Shown: positions 12,285-26,200 of the stretch, piece after piece
Layout: every line of letters begins with the position of its first letter
Numbering within the stretch: position 1 is the stretch's first letter
Origin: Narcine bancroftii
Taxonomy: Eukaryota
DNA: 64,000 bases
Assembly: GCF_036971445.1 (NCBI RefSeq)
Contig: NC_091473.1
Coordinates: 195,424,001 to 195,488,000, forward strand
Reading direction: 5' to 3'
Position numbers and translations under genes: made by a program
The notes under the pieces: model-generated
What the model was told of the DNA's origin: nothing
What the model saw: only the letters and a program-made list of their open reading frames with translations
Database searches by the model: none

Positions 12285-13369
12285 ATAGATGAATACTCAC
12301 GCTTCCCTTTTGCAATCCCATGCCCCGACGTATCGACAGCCATAGTAATAAAGTGCCTGCAATCCATTTTCAGCACGTGTGGGTACCCCAGCTATATACA
12401 CACAGACAGGGGTGCCGCCTTTATGAGTGCTGGTCCAGCAGTAACTATGGGATAGAGGCATTACCACCAGCCCCACCACAAGCTACAATTCCAGGGGTAA
12501 TGGGCAAGTAGAAAGGGAAAATGCCACTCTCTGGAAAACCGACCTGTTAACCTTAAAGGCAAAAAACCTACCCATGGCAAGATGGCAAGATGTGTTACTG
12601 GAGGCTTTACATTCTATACGCTCGCTGTTGTGTACCGCAACTAACATGACCCCACATGACTGAATGTTTTCCTTTTCAAGGAAAGCCGCAATTGGCATGG
12701 TGCTGCCTAGATGGTTGATGACACCGGGACCAGCGCTCCTCCAGAAGCACTGCAGGGCCCACAAAACAGAACCGCCGGTGGAGCTGGTGGAGCTGCAGCA
12801 TGTGAACCCCCACTATGCCTTAGTTGCATTCAGGGATGGATGGGAAGACTCGGTGGCCACCAGGGACCTCGCACCGGCCAGAATTGTGGACAACAGGGGA
12901 GAGTCGCAGACCCCTACAGATCAGCACAAAGGATGACAGACACCAGGACAGCCGACCAATCCATAGGGCCCCGTCGATCAATACACCCCCAACAACCAGT
13001 ACTCGTACGGAAAGCCCTACATCCCCTCAGCATACTCACACCCTTTAACTGACTAGAAAAGCTACACCCTCACAGCATCACCCCCACCCAATGTCAGGAC
13101 CCCCCTGCCCTCAATACCCTCCATTCCTCCTGCACCAGTACCCCGAAGGTCCAGGAGAACCAGGGGATGGGGGGTGGAGGTCAAAATCCTTTAGGGGGTG
13201 GGGGTGAATGTGGTGATATGCTATTACACCACTAGATCACCAGGGGCCACCACTTGATGTATGTAAAGCCGACCAGAGCTAGGCTCCTCCATTCTGACCT
13301 ATGCTTGCACAGTCTATTAAAGCTAGTGTTTAACTTGAACTCTGTCTCGTGTGGTTGATGTTAGTCACA
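12285..13369 (+). mobile_element. Gypsy/Ty3 LTR retrotransposon remnant: integrase, PPT and probable short 3' LTR
   Basis: Manual translation gives IDEYSRFPFAIPCP...GYPSYIHTDRGAAF...GNGQVERE...HSIRSLLCTATNMTPH (DDE triad). A G-rich PPT at ~13192-13208 is followed by TGTGGTG (13209)...ATTAAA...TCACA (13369). The LTR end is tentative. Confidence 0.8.
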
Positions 13370-14049
13370 GAGGGTCGGTGCCACAAGACCCGTACCACCA
13401 GGTTCAGGAACAGTTGCCACCCCTCCACAACAAACTCAATCATTTAAGGACTTTTGCAATTATTGATTTTTTTTCTCCCAGTAATGCACAGTTTATTTAC
13501 ATTTCATTATTTGTTCATGTGAGTACACTGTGAACATTTTTTTTACACCACTAAGTGGTCATTCTGCCTGGCCCACAGGAAAAAGAATCTCAGGGTTGTA
13601 TGTGATGTCATGTCTGCCAATGATATCTGACAATAAATCTGGTCACTCCATCTGTAAGGGGGGGGACAGGGCCCAGTAGAGGTTTGTAAAATCATGAAAG
13701 GATTTTAGAGAGTCTAAAATCAGAGGGCATGGGCTTAAAGACAGGGACAAAAGGGGCCTGAGGGATATCTTCTTCACACTGATGAGAGGTGGGTACAGGA
13801 AACGGGCTGCCAGAGGAAGGGATCGTGGCTGGCACAAGATTCAAAAGACATTTCGACATGTGAGGATAGGGAATGTACACCAAATGCAGACAAAGGTGGG
13901 CTAGTTTGGTCAGCATGGGCCGTTTGGGCCAAAAGGCCCATTTCATTGCTGTGGGACTCTGTCGCGATGTTACCGTCAGGTCAGCCACAGGTTAGAAGGC
14001 TGAGAGGCCTTCCCCTGCTCCACATCAGCTTCACTGAACTGAAGGCAAA

Positions 14050-14860
14050 TAATTTCAGCTCCAATCGTGTCATCAAGTTTGAAGATGACACGACAGTCGT
14101 CAGCCTCATCAGCAACAACGATGAGAAGAGGCGGAGAATTTCATGATGTGGTACAAGAGTAACATGGACCAAACGAAGGAGATGATCATGGGCTTCAGGA
14201 GGACCAGGAACGACCACTCTCCACTACACATCAACACCTCTGTAGTGGAGAGGACCAAGTTCTTTGGAGTTCACTTAGTGACCTATCGTGGACACAAAAA
14301 ATCTACACTTGTCAGGAAGGCCCAACAGAGACTGCACTTCCTGAGAAGACTGAAGTAAGCAAGGCTACCAGCCACCATTATGTCAACCTTCTACAGGAGC
14401 TCTATCCAGAGCATCCTGGCCAGCTGCATCACAGTGTGGAACGGTCGGTGCAGTGAAATGGATCGGAACGTCAATCCACAGGACCATGAGTGGCAGAGAG
14501 GATCACAGGAGTCTCCCTCCTCTACCACACCCCCCCCCCCCCCAATGCACGTGATGTACTGGATCATTATCTGAAGATGGAGTGCAAAACCATTGATCAT
14601 CCACCCCACCCACAGCATCTTCCAGCCTGAAGAACAGCTTCTTCCCACGGGCAGTGAGAACACTGAACAACCAAAGGAACTGCTCACATTCACCCTCATA
14701 TTCATGAAAAAATATTTATTTATTTGTATCTATGAATACTTGTCCTGCACGTGTATTGTTTGTTTGTACGTGTGTTATGTCTGAATGTTTTGCACCAAGA
14801 ACTGGAGAACCTTGTTTCATCAGGTGGTACTTGTACAATCAGAGGACAATAAAATTGACT
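14050..14860 (+). mobile_element. Rex1/Babar-clade LINE 3' fragment
   Basis: IKFEDDTTVVSLISNNDE, KTKEMI, KAQQRLHFLRRLK, FYRSSIQSILASCITVW. Confidence 0.8.
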
Positions 14861-14869
14861 TCGAACCGT

Positions 14870-15330
14870 AGAATATTGCAGCACAGAAAACAGGCCCTTG
14901 GAACTTCTAGTCTGTTCCAAACCATTTTTCTGCCTGGTCCCACTGACCTGTACCCAGTCCATAGCCCTCCATACCCCACCCCATCCCATCCATGTTCCTG
15001 TCCAAATTCTTCTTCAGTGTTAAAATTGAGCCTGCATTCAACTAGCAGCTCCTTCCACACTCTCACCACCCGCTATGCGAAGAACTTTCCCCTAAACGTT
15101 TTTCCCTTTCACCCTTAACCCATGTCTTCTGGTTATAACTCACACACTCTCAGTGGAAAAACCCCATCTCCAATTCTCTTTCTGTTCCCCTCATAATTTT
15201 AAATAACTCCATCAAATCTCCCCTCATTCTTCTACACTCCAGGGAATAAAGTCCGAACCTGTTTAACCTTTCCCTGTAACGCAGTTCCTGAAGACACTGC
15301 AACGTCCGAGTAAATCTTCTCTGCAGTATC
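14870..15330 (-). mobile_element. CR1 3' fragment
   Basis: Reverse complement of the CR1 ORF2 C-terminus and 3'UTR (RVVRVWKEL; RGDLMEL). Confidence 0.75.
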
Positions 15331-15554
15331 CATTTGGTCCATCAAACCACAGTTGCAGCAGCCAATACCACAATGGTATAGTTCAATGAAGATTGATTAG
15401 TGCGTTTCATAAATGACTTGTTAAAGATTTATACACATGCAGAAAATTATAATCAGAAAAAATGGAAAAGGATCGAAAAGGAACCTTGGAAAGGCCGTGG
15501 GATGAATTCACTGCAGAAAAGATTTTCAGGAGGAGGACAGGAACGAGTTGAATG

Positions 15555-15900
15555 GGCCGAGTGGCGCGGTACCGTCAGCGCCCGCAGTGCGTGCCGCTCC
15601 GCCAAGGAAGGGGGCGCTCCAGTGGCAACATCTCCTGGGCCGGATAGGGGGCGATGTCTCCCGGCGCTCCACACATCACCGCGACGCGGCCGGGAACAAG
15701 GTGGCGGCGAGAAATTGAGGCCGAGGCTTGGAGGCCTAGGCGGAGGTTGGAGAGAGAAGGGCCGTGGGGGTCCGGCAGGAGCTTGGGATGGGTCCGTGGC
15801 GAGGGGGTGGACTGGTGACGGGGCCGAAGGGTGGAGGGAAGGGAGGGTGATCAGAGCGAAGGTCCGGGCCAGAGGGGACACCCTCCCAATGCGCGATCCC
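15555..15900 (+). promoter_or_regulatory. CpG island, candidate JTB promoter / non-coding first exon
   Basis: Dense CpG and GC-rich. YY1-like CAAGGTGGCGGC at ~15697. Nearest CpG island upstream of the JTB ATG. Function is inferred. Confidence 0.45.
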
Positions 15901-18900
15901 ACCCCTCACTCCCCCCTACACCCTCACCCCTCAACACCCCTACAACCCCCTCAACAACCCTTCACTCCCCCTACACCCTCACCCCTCAACACCCCCTACA
16001 ACCCCCTCAACAACCCTTCACTCCCCCTACACCCTCACCCCTCAACACCCCCTACAACCCCCTCAACAACCCTTCACTCCCCCTACACCCTCACCCCTCA
16101 ACACCCCCTACAACCCCCTCAACAACCCTTCACTCCCCCTACACCCTCACCCCTCAACACCCCCTACAACCCCCTCAACAACCCTTCACTCCCCCTACAC
16201 CCTCACCCCTCAACACCCCCTACAACCCCCTCAACAACCCTTCACTCCCCCTACACCCTCACCCCTCAACACCCCCTACAACCCCCTCAACAACCCTTCA
16301 CTCCCCCTACACCCTCACCCCTCAACACCCCCTACAACCCCCTCAACAACCATTCACTCCCCCTACACCCTCACCCCTCAACAAACACCCCCTACAACCC
16401 CCTCAACAACCCTTCACTCCCCCTACACCCTCACCCCTCAACACCCCCTACAACCCCCTCAACAACCCTTCACTCCCCCTACACCCTCACCCCTCAACAC
16501 CCCCTACAACCCCCTCAACAACCCTTCACTCCCCCTACACCCTCACCCCTCAACAAACACCCCCTACAACCCCCTCAACAACCCTTCACTCCCCCCTACA
16601 CCCTCACCCCTCAACACCCCCTACAACCCCCTCAACAACCCTTCACTCCCCCTACACCCTCACCCCTCAACACCCTCAACAACCCTTCACTCCCCCTACA
16701 CCCTCACCCCTCAACACCCCCTACAACCCCCTCAACAACCCTTCACTCCCCCTACACCCTCACCCCTCAACAAACACCCCCTACAACCCCCTCAACAACC
16801 CTTCACTCCCCCCTACACCCTCACCCCTCAACACCCCCTACAACCCCCTCAACAACCCTTCACTCCCCCTACACACCGTCACCCCTCAACACCCCCTACA
16901 ACCCCTTCAACAACCTTCACTCCCCCGACACACCGTCTCCCCTCAACACCCCCTACAACCCCCTCAACAACGCTTCACTCCCCCCTACACACCCTCACCT
17001 CTAAACACACCCTACAACCCCCTCAACAACCCTTCACTCCCCCTACACACCCTCACCCATCAACACCCCCTACATCCCCCTCAACAACGCTTCACTCCCC
17101 CTACACACCCTCACCTCTAAACACCCCCTACAACCCCCTCAACAACCCTTCACTCCCCCTACTCACCCTCACCCATCAACACCCCCTACATCCCCCTCAA
17201 CAACCCTTCACTCCCCCTACACACCCTCACTCCTCAACACCCGCTACATCCCCCTCAACAACCCTTCACTTCCCTTACACACCCTCACCCCTCAACACCC
17301 CCTACAACCCCCTCAACAACCCTTCACTCCCCCTACACCCTCACCCCTCAACACCCCCTACAACCCCCTCAACAACCCTTCACTCCCCCTACACCCTCAC
17401 CCCTCAACACCCCCTACAACCCCCTCAACAACCCTTCACTCCCCCTACACCCTCACCCCTCAAAACCCCCTACAACCCCCTCAACAACCTTCACTCCCCC
17501 GACACACCGTCACCCCTCAACACCCCCTACAACCCCCTCAACAACGCTTCACTCCCCCTACACACCCTCACTTCTAAACACACCCTACAACCCCCTCAAC
17601 AACCCTTCAATCCCCCCTACACACCCTCACCCCTCAACGCCCCCTACAACCCCTTCAACAACCCTTCACTCACCCCTACACCCTCACCCCTCAACACCCC
17701 CTACAACCCCCTCAACAACCCTTCACTCCCCCGACACACCCTCAACCCTCAACACCCCCTACAACCCCCTCAACAACCCTTCATTCCCCCTACACCCTCA
17801 CCCCTCAACATCCCCTACAAACCCCTCAACAACCCTTCACTCCCCCTACACACCCTCAACCATCAACACCCCCTACATCCCCCTCAACAACGCTTCACTC
17901 CCCCTACACACCCTCACCTCTAAACACCCCCTACAACCCCCTCAACAACCCTTCACTCCCCCTACTCACCCTCACCCATCAACACTCCCTACATGCCCCT
18001 CAACAACCCTTCACTCCCCCTACACACCCCCATTCCGCTCAACACCCCCTACATCCCCTCAACAACCCTTCATTCCCCCTCGACACCCCCTACATCCCCC
18101 TCAACAACCCTTCACTCCCCCTACACACCCTCACCCCTCAACACCCGCTACATCCCCCTCAACAACCCTTCACTTCCCTTACACACCCTCACCCCTCAAC
18201 ACCCCCTACATTCCCCTCAACAACCCTTCACTCCCCCTCTACACACCCCAATTCCCCTCACCCCTCAACCCACTCAATAACCCCTCACCCCCCTCAGCAC
18301 CTCACTTCCCCTACACCCCTCTCACTTCCCCCACCCCCTCACTCCCCAATACAACACCCTCAACAACCCCTCACTCTCCTCAGCCCCTCTCTCCCCCATA
18401 CGCCCTCACCCCTCAACACCCCCTACAGTCCCCTCAACAACCCCTTGCCCCTCACTCCCCCTACATACCCCCACTCCCCCTACATACCCCCACTCCCCCA
18501 TACACCCCCATTACCTCCTCAATAACCCCCCTCAGCTCCTCACTCCCCCTACACCCCCCACCTCTTCCTCACTCCCCTATAAACGCCTATCTCCCTCACC
18601 CCTCAACACCCCCTACACCCCCTCAACCACCCCTCTGCCCCTCACTCCCCATACACCCCCCTGCACCCCCATCCACCCCCCTGCACCCCCATCCACCCCC
18701 CTGTACCCCCATCCACCCCAATCCACCCCTCAACCCTCTCTACATCCTCCTCAACACCCCCTCACCCCTTCAACACCTCCCTACACCCCCTCACTCCCCT
18801 ACAATCCCTCACCCCCTTTATACCCCCATACACCTCTCAACAACCCCTCACCCCCTGTACACCCCATACACCCTCTCAACAACCCCTCACCCCCTCTACA

Positions 18901-19800
18901 CCCTCAATACCCCCCACTACAACCTCTCATCCCCTACCCACTATACACCCCCTCTACATCCCCAACAACCCCTCAACCCCCTACACCCCCTACAATCCCT
19001 CACCCACCTACACCCCCTCAACACCCTCCTCTACAACCTTTCACACCCCTATAACCCCTCTACACCCCCCTCTACAACCCTATACCCCCTACAACCCATC
19101 ACTCCCCTACACCCTCCTCTACAACCCCTCATCCCCTAGACCCCCTCACCCCCTTCTGCAGCCCTTCACCCCCACCCACCTACCCCTCTGCAGCCCTCTC
19201 ACCCCGCTACACCCTCTTCACCCCTCTCTACACCTCCCTTACACCCTACAGCTCCCTCACCCCCTCCCTCTACACCCCCAATACCCACCTCACCCCCTAC
19301 ACCCTGCACCCCCATTCACCCCCTACACCTCCCTCTACACCCCTACTTACCCCCTACACCTCCTTCACTTCCTCTACACTCACCCTAAACCCCACTAATG
19401 CTCCTCTCTACACTCCCCATGGCCTCTCACCCCTACATTCCCCCACCCCTCTCTACACCCCCCTCGCACCCTGCACCCCCTTGCCCCCTCACCACCTACA
19501 CTCTCCTTACCCCTTACATCCCCCTCACCCCCATACAGCCTCTACATACCCCCTCTCACCCTCCTCTACACCTCCCTAACCTCCCTAGATCCTCTACACC
19601 CCTCACTCCCTAGACCCCCTCACCTCTATACCCCTTCACCCTCCTCACCCCCTCTACACCTGCTCGCACCATCTACTCCCCCTCTTCACTCCTCTTTCCC
19701 CCTCTATACCCCTTTCTTGCCCTTCTATACCCCTTCACCCCTCTGTTGCACCCTTCTACACTCCCTTTACCACCTTCTGCCCCTCCCACCCCCTCTTTGC
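15897..19800. repeat. C-rich minisatellite with a 56-bp unit, decaying into C-rich low complexity
   Basis: Unit TTCACTCCCCCTACACCCTCACCCCTCAACACCCCCTACAACCCCCTCAACAACCC recurs at 15961, 16017 and onward. Almost no G on the + strand. Homogeneous to ~18250, then degenerate. Confidence 0.97.
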
Positions 19801-20153
19801 CTCCTTTACTACATGGGCATTCATTTCCCAAATATAGCCGTTAGCCTCTCGTGAATATTCTCTGTCCCCTCATCGCATTGCCCCACCACATTCTCTATTC
19901 TTCTTTAATCCTCTCCCACTCTCCAAGAGGCTCCAAGTGAACTGTGGACATCAGGGATGGGAGCTGGGTTGGTGGACGAAGTGGAGGAGAGCTGGAACAG
20001 GTGGTGAGAAGCAAGAGCTGAGTGGATGGGAGAGTAAAACTCTCCACTACCTGGGAAACCCCTGTAACATGCAGCCTTCATTCTGGCCGGCAGGAAATCT
20101 CTCTGCCCATGAACGTAGCAGGTGCGTGAAGAATACCAATCTCACCCAGAACC

Positions 20154-20272
20154 ATGTCTACAAACTGGGAGGTTCCAACTCCCTTCGAAGGGCCTGCTCT
20201 TGTCAATTGGTGCAGACAAATCCTCCGAGGTTTCCTCCTTACACTTCTCTATCTCTTCGTAGTCAACGTTCG
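20154..20272 (+). CDS. JTB: JTB coding exon 1 (signal-peptide-like)
   Basis: ACCATG with an upstream in-frame TGA. Hydrophobic ILRGFLLTLLYLFVV. Donor CG|GTGAGT, phase 2. Confidence 0.75.
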
Positions 20273-23200
20273 GTGAGTTGCAAAATCTCTCTCGCTCTCC
20301 TTCCAGCCTGGAACCCCCGATGGAGACTATCCAGATCATGAACATACAAACTTGACCCCTCGAGCCTATCCCTGTGATCGCTCCTGGGCTGTCTCTTCCT
20401 CAATCTACCAACATCCTTCCAGTGATCTGGTCTCCACTACCCTGAGGGGCAGGGGTCTGTAGAGCTTTGTCACCTCCTGCACAAAGAAATTTCGGTTGCA
20501 GGTTAATGGGACCAGACACAGAGTAGATGGGCTGAAGGGCATGCTTCTGTGCAGTAGTGTTGTACGATTCAAGGTGAGGCAATAGCCCTTATGCCTTGGG
20601 GATCTTGTTCTTCAGAACAAGGACATACCTGAGATGCCAGACACACCAGGGAGATTGCAGGCGCTGGAGTGGGAAGGCCAATGCAGCCCACCAGAGGAAC
20701 TGAGCAGGTTGAGCTTCATCAGTGGGAGGGGAAGACCAGTTGACGTTTTGAGCCGGCATTCTTCATCAGGGCCAAGAAGAGTGGGTACAGAGAGACAAGG
20801 CTGGGAGGGCTGAGGGAAGGGATTGGCCAACCAGGCAGAGATTAAGCATGGTGTGCTTTTACTTAGCTGGTCGTCAGGTGGGGAAAGGAAGTGGGGGAAT
20901 CAGAACACAAAAGGAGACCCCTCCTGATTATAGTCTCTGCAACACCCTTCATGTTTTTGTCTTCCAGATTAGCCGACATGTTAACGTTGAATGAGGCAAA
21001 AAATTCAGGTCTGTTACTGCTTTGTTCTACAATTCCCTACCATAATGTGGTGAAGGAGTGGCTGCGAAGGGAGTTTACTTGCACTGTTTGTGTCCTGTGA
21101 GTGTATGATGGGACAGTGTGGAGGGGCTTCATTCTGTCTGACCCTGGGACCGCATGATGGGATGGTGTGGAGGGAACTTCACACTGTCTGAGCCCAGGAG
21201 TGTGTGATGGGACGATGTGGAGGGAGCTTCATTCTGTCTGACCTCGGGAGCGCATGATGGGACAGTGCAGAGAGAGCTTCACACTGTCTGACCCTGGGAG
21301 TGTGTGATGGGGTGATGTGGAGGGAGCTTCATTCTGTCTGACCCTGGGAGCACATGATGGGATGATGCGGAGGGAGCTTCACTCTGTGTCTGCCCTGGGA
21401 GTGTGTGATGGGACGGTGCGGAGGGAGCTTCACCCTGTTTGTGACCCTGGGAGTGTGTGATGGGACAATGTGGTGGGAGCTTCATTCTGTGTCTGACCTC
21501 TACCTTGTTCCTGCTGGTTGCAAGGTTCTAAACCTGGTTCTCTGTTCTTGGAGAATCTGCTCTTGATTGTCCTGAATCTGGGGGAATTAGACTGATTATT
21601 AATGGTGGTGATGTGGGGGGGTCACAGTCTCACCGCTGGCCTGATGTGGATGGATAGGTGTCACCTCCTCTCTCCTGCTTCTCCCTGCAGCCAGTTCATT
21701 GCCAGCCACGCCGTGCTGGCAGAGGGAACAGTTTGTCGTGGCCGGAGAATGTAAGAAGTGTACGCTGTTTGAGGTGGTGAGTACCAGGAGTTGTGGGGGA
21801 GGGAGGGCTGTGTTAGGGAGTGGGGCAAGGTGGAGGGACAACAACAGGGCAGGGTGTTGGGGTGGGGGGGGGGGAAATTATTGACCATGAAGGTGCAGGG
21901 TCCAGATGAGGGATGGACAGGAGGAGAGGGATAAAGGGAGAGTGAGTGGGCAGAACCATGGGCCACCTTTGTGCTCTCCACGGTGCTGAAGGTGAGATGG
22001 TCTTCTCAACGCTGCCTCGTGTTCTTCTGCACAGAAAACCATCTTTGCGTGTGTCAAGACTGGCTTTGCAATGAAGATAGACTGTCCCACTTCGCAGAGG
22101 GAAGAGTATAAAAGGTAAGGGGCCCCCATCCCCTTCTCCCTCCCTGCCCCCTTCTTGTTCTACTCTACTCCCCCTCCCTGCCCCCCCTCCCTGCCCCCTT
22201 CTACCACTGCTCCCTTCCCCCTTTCTGCCCCCTTCTCCTGGTTCCCCCTTCCCCTGCCCCGCTGCCTCATTCTCACTTCCTGCTCCCATCATTCACTGCC
22301 AGTCCGTTACCCCGGGACCTAAGTTGAATTTTACAGCAGGGAAACAGGCTCTTCATCCCATCTTGTCTGTGCTAGTCACTCTTGTCTCCATTCCTCTAAA
22401 CCTCCCCATCAACATACCCGTCCAAATGCCTTTTACATGTTACAAATGTCCCCACCTCTATAACCCCCTCTAGGAGCTCATTCCATACCCCCAACACCCA
22501 CTTGGAAGGACAGGTGACCTCCTCAGATCCTTTTCCCCTCTCACCTTAAATGTGTCCACTAGTTTTAGACCACTCTCCCACACTGGGGTAAAGATGGGAT
22601 AAATTTTATTGTCATACACTTAAGTACAGGGCACAGACATACCAACATTCCTACTAGCTGCAGGTACACAAGATGCACCAAGTACAATGAAGTAAATTAA
22701 ACTACCACAATGTTATCGGACAGAAAAAGATATCATACAAAATAATACACATATATACATTTATTACGTAAACAGTAAATGGTTGAGCACTGAGGGGTGT
22801 GGTAGGACAGAGGGATCTGGGAAAACAGGTACATCATTCCTTGAAAGTGGTGTCACAGGTAGATAGGGTTGTAAAGAGCTTTTGGCACATTGACCTTCAT
22901 AAATCAAAGTATTGAGGACAGGAATTGGGATGTTATGGTAAAGTTGTACAAGACATTGGTGAGGCCAAATCTGGAGTATTGTGTGCAGTTTTGGTCACCT
23001 AATGACAGGAAAGATCTCTTTAAGATAGAAAGAGTGCTCAGAATATTTACTAGGATGTTGCCCAGAATTCAGGAACTGAGTTACAGGGAAAGGTTAAACA
23101 GGTTTGATATTTATTCCCTGGTGCATAGAAAAATTAGGGGAGATTTGATAGAGTTTAAAATTAAGAGGGGGATAGATTTCAGATTTGTTGTCAGAGTACA

Positions 23201-26200
23201 GACATGACCTCACGTACAACCCTGAGATTCTTTTTCTGTGGGCGAAACAGAATTACTACTTATTTGTAGTGCAAAATAAAATTGTACACACATAAAACAT
23301 GGAAACAAATAAAGAACTGTAAACAGATAATGAATGTAAATAAATTGTTCAATACAGAGAGAATAAAGAAAATCAATAAAGTGGACATGTCAGAGTCCCA
23401 GATTGAGTTTGTTGTTGAGGAGTCTGATGGTGGATGGGTAACACCTGTTCCCGAATCTGGTGGGTGTGAGTCTTGTGGCACCGAGACCTCTTTCCAGACG
23501 GCAGCAGCGAGAACAGTGTGTGCTGGGTGGTACGGGTCCTTGATGATTGGTTCTGTTCTCCAACAGCAGTGCTCCCTGTAGATGTTCTTGATAGTGGGGA
23601 GGGGCTCCGTCCACTACCTTTTGGTGGGCTTTACATTCTGGTGTCCCCATACCAGACAGGTCAGTACACTTTCTGTAGAAATTTGCCAGTGTTTCTGTCA
23701 TTACCAAACCTCCGCAAGCTCCTGAGGAAGGAGAGGCACTGACGTGATTTCTTCACGATACCATTAGTGGGTTGGGTCCATGAAAGATCCTCCGAGATAG
23801 TGACTTCCAAGAGACAAAATTTGCTCGCCCTCTCCACCTCTGACCCGCAGTGTTCACTGGATCGAACACCTCTGGCTTTCCCTTCCTCAAATCAACAATC
23901 AGCTCCTTAGTTTTGGTGACAGTGAGTGTGAGGTTGTTGTTAGATCATCATTCAGCCAAGTTTTCAATCTTCCTCTTGTACGCTGACTCATCACCTTCTT
24001 TATAACAACCCACTAGCCTGGTATCGTCGGCAAATTTGTAGATGGTGTTACTGTCATACCGAGTAACGCAGTCATACGTATAAAGTGAGTCGAGCAGGGG
24101 GCTAAGAACGCAGCCCTGTGGTGCTCCAGTACTGATGGAGATTGTGGAGGAGATATTCTTACCAATCCTCACTGATGGCGGTAATACTCACTGAGGGTAG
24201 GAAGATACAAACCAGGTTAAGGGTAAAAGGGGAAAAATTTAGGGGGAATGTTGGGGAGAATTTCTACTCACAGAGAGTGGTAGGAGTGTGGAACGAGCTG
24301 CCAGCTGAAGTGGTGAATGCAGGCTCAATTTTAACATTTAACGAGAATGTGGACAATTTTAACATTTAACGAGAATGTGGACAGGTACGTGGATGGGAGG
24401 GATATGGACTGGGTGCAGGTCAGTGGGACTGGGCAGGATAATAGTTCGGAAGTGACTAAATGGGCTGAAGGTTCTGTTTTCTGTGCTGTAATGTTCTATA
24501 GATAGATAGAACCAGAGAGAGATAGCTCAGAAACAGGCCCTTTGTCCCAGCTAGTTTGTACTGAACTTTTGTTCTGCCTATCCCTAATGACATGCATTCG
24601 AATCAATAAATATTCACAACAGACAAAGTGAAGTTCAGTGATGATCCCAGAGTGGTATAGGCTACAGCAGTACGGGGAGATTCAAGATTCTGATAAATAT
24701 GAATCAAATCATCCATTCAACTCATCAATGTCTCTCATGATGCTACAAAACTAGTTCCCACCCCCCACCCCCATTGGATACCTTATAACTCAAGCCTCTC
24801 AGTTCCTAGACACATTGCCCTTGTACCCTGACCTCCCACACCCAGCCCCCACAGTGCTGGGTCCCAGCTCCCATTCTCATTGCCCTTGTGCCACCTTCCC
24901 CACACAGTGAGGGATACCAGTTCCCCTCCCCCTCCCCCACAGAACGGGGTCCCAGCTCCAGTTCTCACTGCCCTGTCTCTCCCCCTCCCCCACAGTGCCA
25001 CAGTGAGGGGTCCCAGCTCCAGTTTTCACTGCCCTGTCACTTCCCCCCCCCCACACACAGTGAGGGGACCCAGTTACCATTCTCACTGCTCCTGTCCCCC
25101 CCCCTCTGCCCCACAGCGAGGGGTCCCAGATCATTCTCACTGCCCCATTTCCACCCCCCCACAGAATGGGGTCCCAGCTCCAGTTCTCACTGCCCCTGCC
25201 CCCCGACCCCCCTCACACTGTGGGGTCCCAGCATCAGTTCTCCCTGCCCATGTTCCCCCTTTCCCCCCCCACCCCACAGTTGAGGGGTCCCAGCTCATCT
25301 CCTCCTCCCTCACAGAATGTTGTCCCAGCTCCAGTTCTCAGTGCCCCGTTCCCCCCCCCCACCCACCCCACAGTGAGGGGTCCCAGCTCCCATTCTCACT
25401 GCCCCTGTTCCCCCCTTCCCCCCACAGCGAGGGGTCCTGGCTCCCATTCTCACTGCCCCTGTTCCCCCTCCTCCCACAGTGAGGGGTCTCAGCTCCGGTT
25501 CTCACTACTCCTCTCCCCCACAGTGAGGGGTCGCAGTTTCCATTCTCACTGCCCCTGTCCCCCCACACCACCACAGTGAGTGGTCCCAGTTCCCCTTCCC
25601 CACCCCACAGCATAGGGTACCAGCTCCCGTTCTCATTGCCCCTCCCCCCCAGTGAGTGGTCCATTTCCATTTTCACTACTCCTGCTCAACCACTCCCCCC
25701 ACCCCACAGTGAGGGGTTCCAGTTCCCATTCTTACTGCCCCTGTTCTCCCCCTCCCCCCCACAGTGAGGGGTTCCAGATCCCATTCTCACTGCCCCTGTT
25801 TCCCCCCCCCCCCATGGTGAGGAGTCCCAGCTCCTGTTCTCACTGTCCCTGCTTCCCCCTCCCCCACAGCGAGGGGTCCTGGCTCCCATTCTCACTGCCC
25901 CTGTTCCCCCTCCTCCCACAGTGAGGGGTCTCAGCTCCGGTTCTCACTACTCCTCTCCCCCACAGTGAGGGGTCGCAGTTTCCATTCTCACTGCCCCTGT
26001 CCCCCCACACCACCACAGTGAGTGGTCCCAGTTCCCCTTCCCCACCCCACAGCATAGGGTACCAGCTCCCATTCTCATTACCACTGTTCTCCTCCTCCCC
26101 CCCCCCCCCCGAGTGAGGGGTTATTGCTCGTTTTCACTGCCCCTGCCCTCCCATTCCCCCCCCCCACAGTGAGGGTTCGCAGCTCCTGTTCTCAGTGCCC

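Noticed and set aside
15600-15655. CTCF sites (AGGGGGCG cores)
   Set aside because: The upstream CC spacing does not fit the consensus, and such cores are expected by chance in a GC-rich island.
15400-17120. Long Pro/Thr/His-rich ORFs (534 aa and 429 aa)
   Set aside because: They are translations of the 56-bp C-rich minisatellite, which is open in several frames because it has few stop codons.
20142-20345. Minus-strand 67-aa ORF with a donor-like end
   Set aside because: It overlaps JTB exon 1 in antisense, with no homology and no acceptor.
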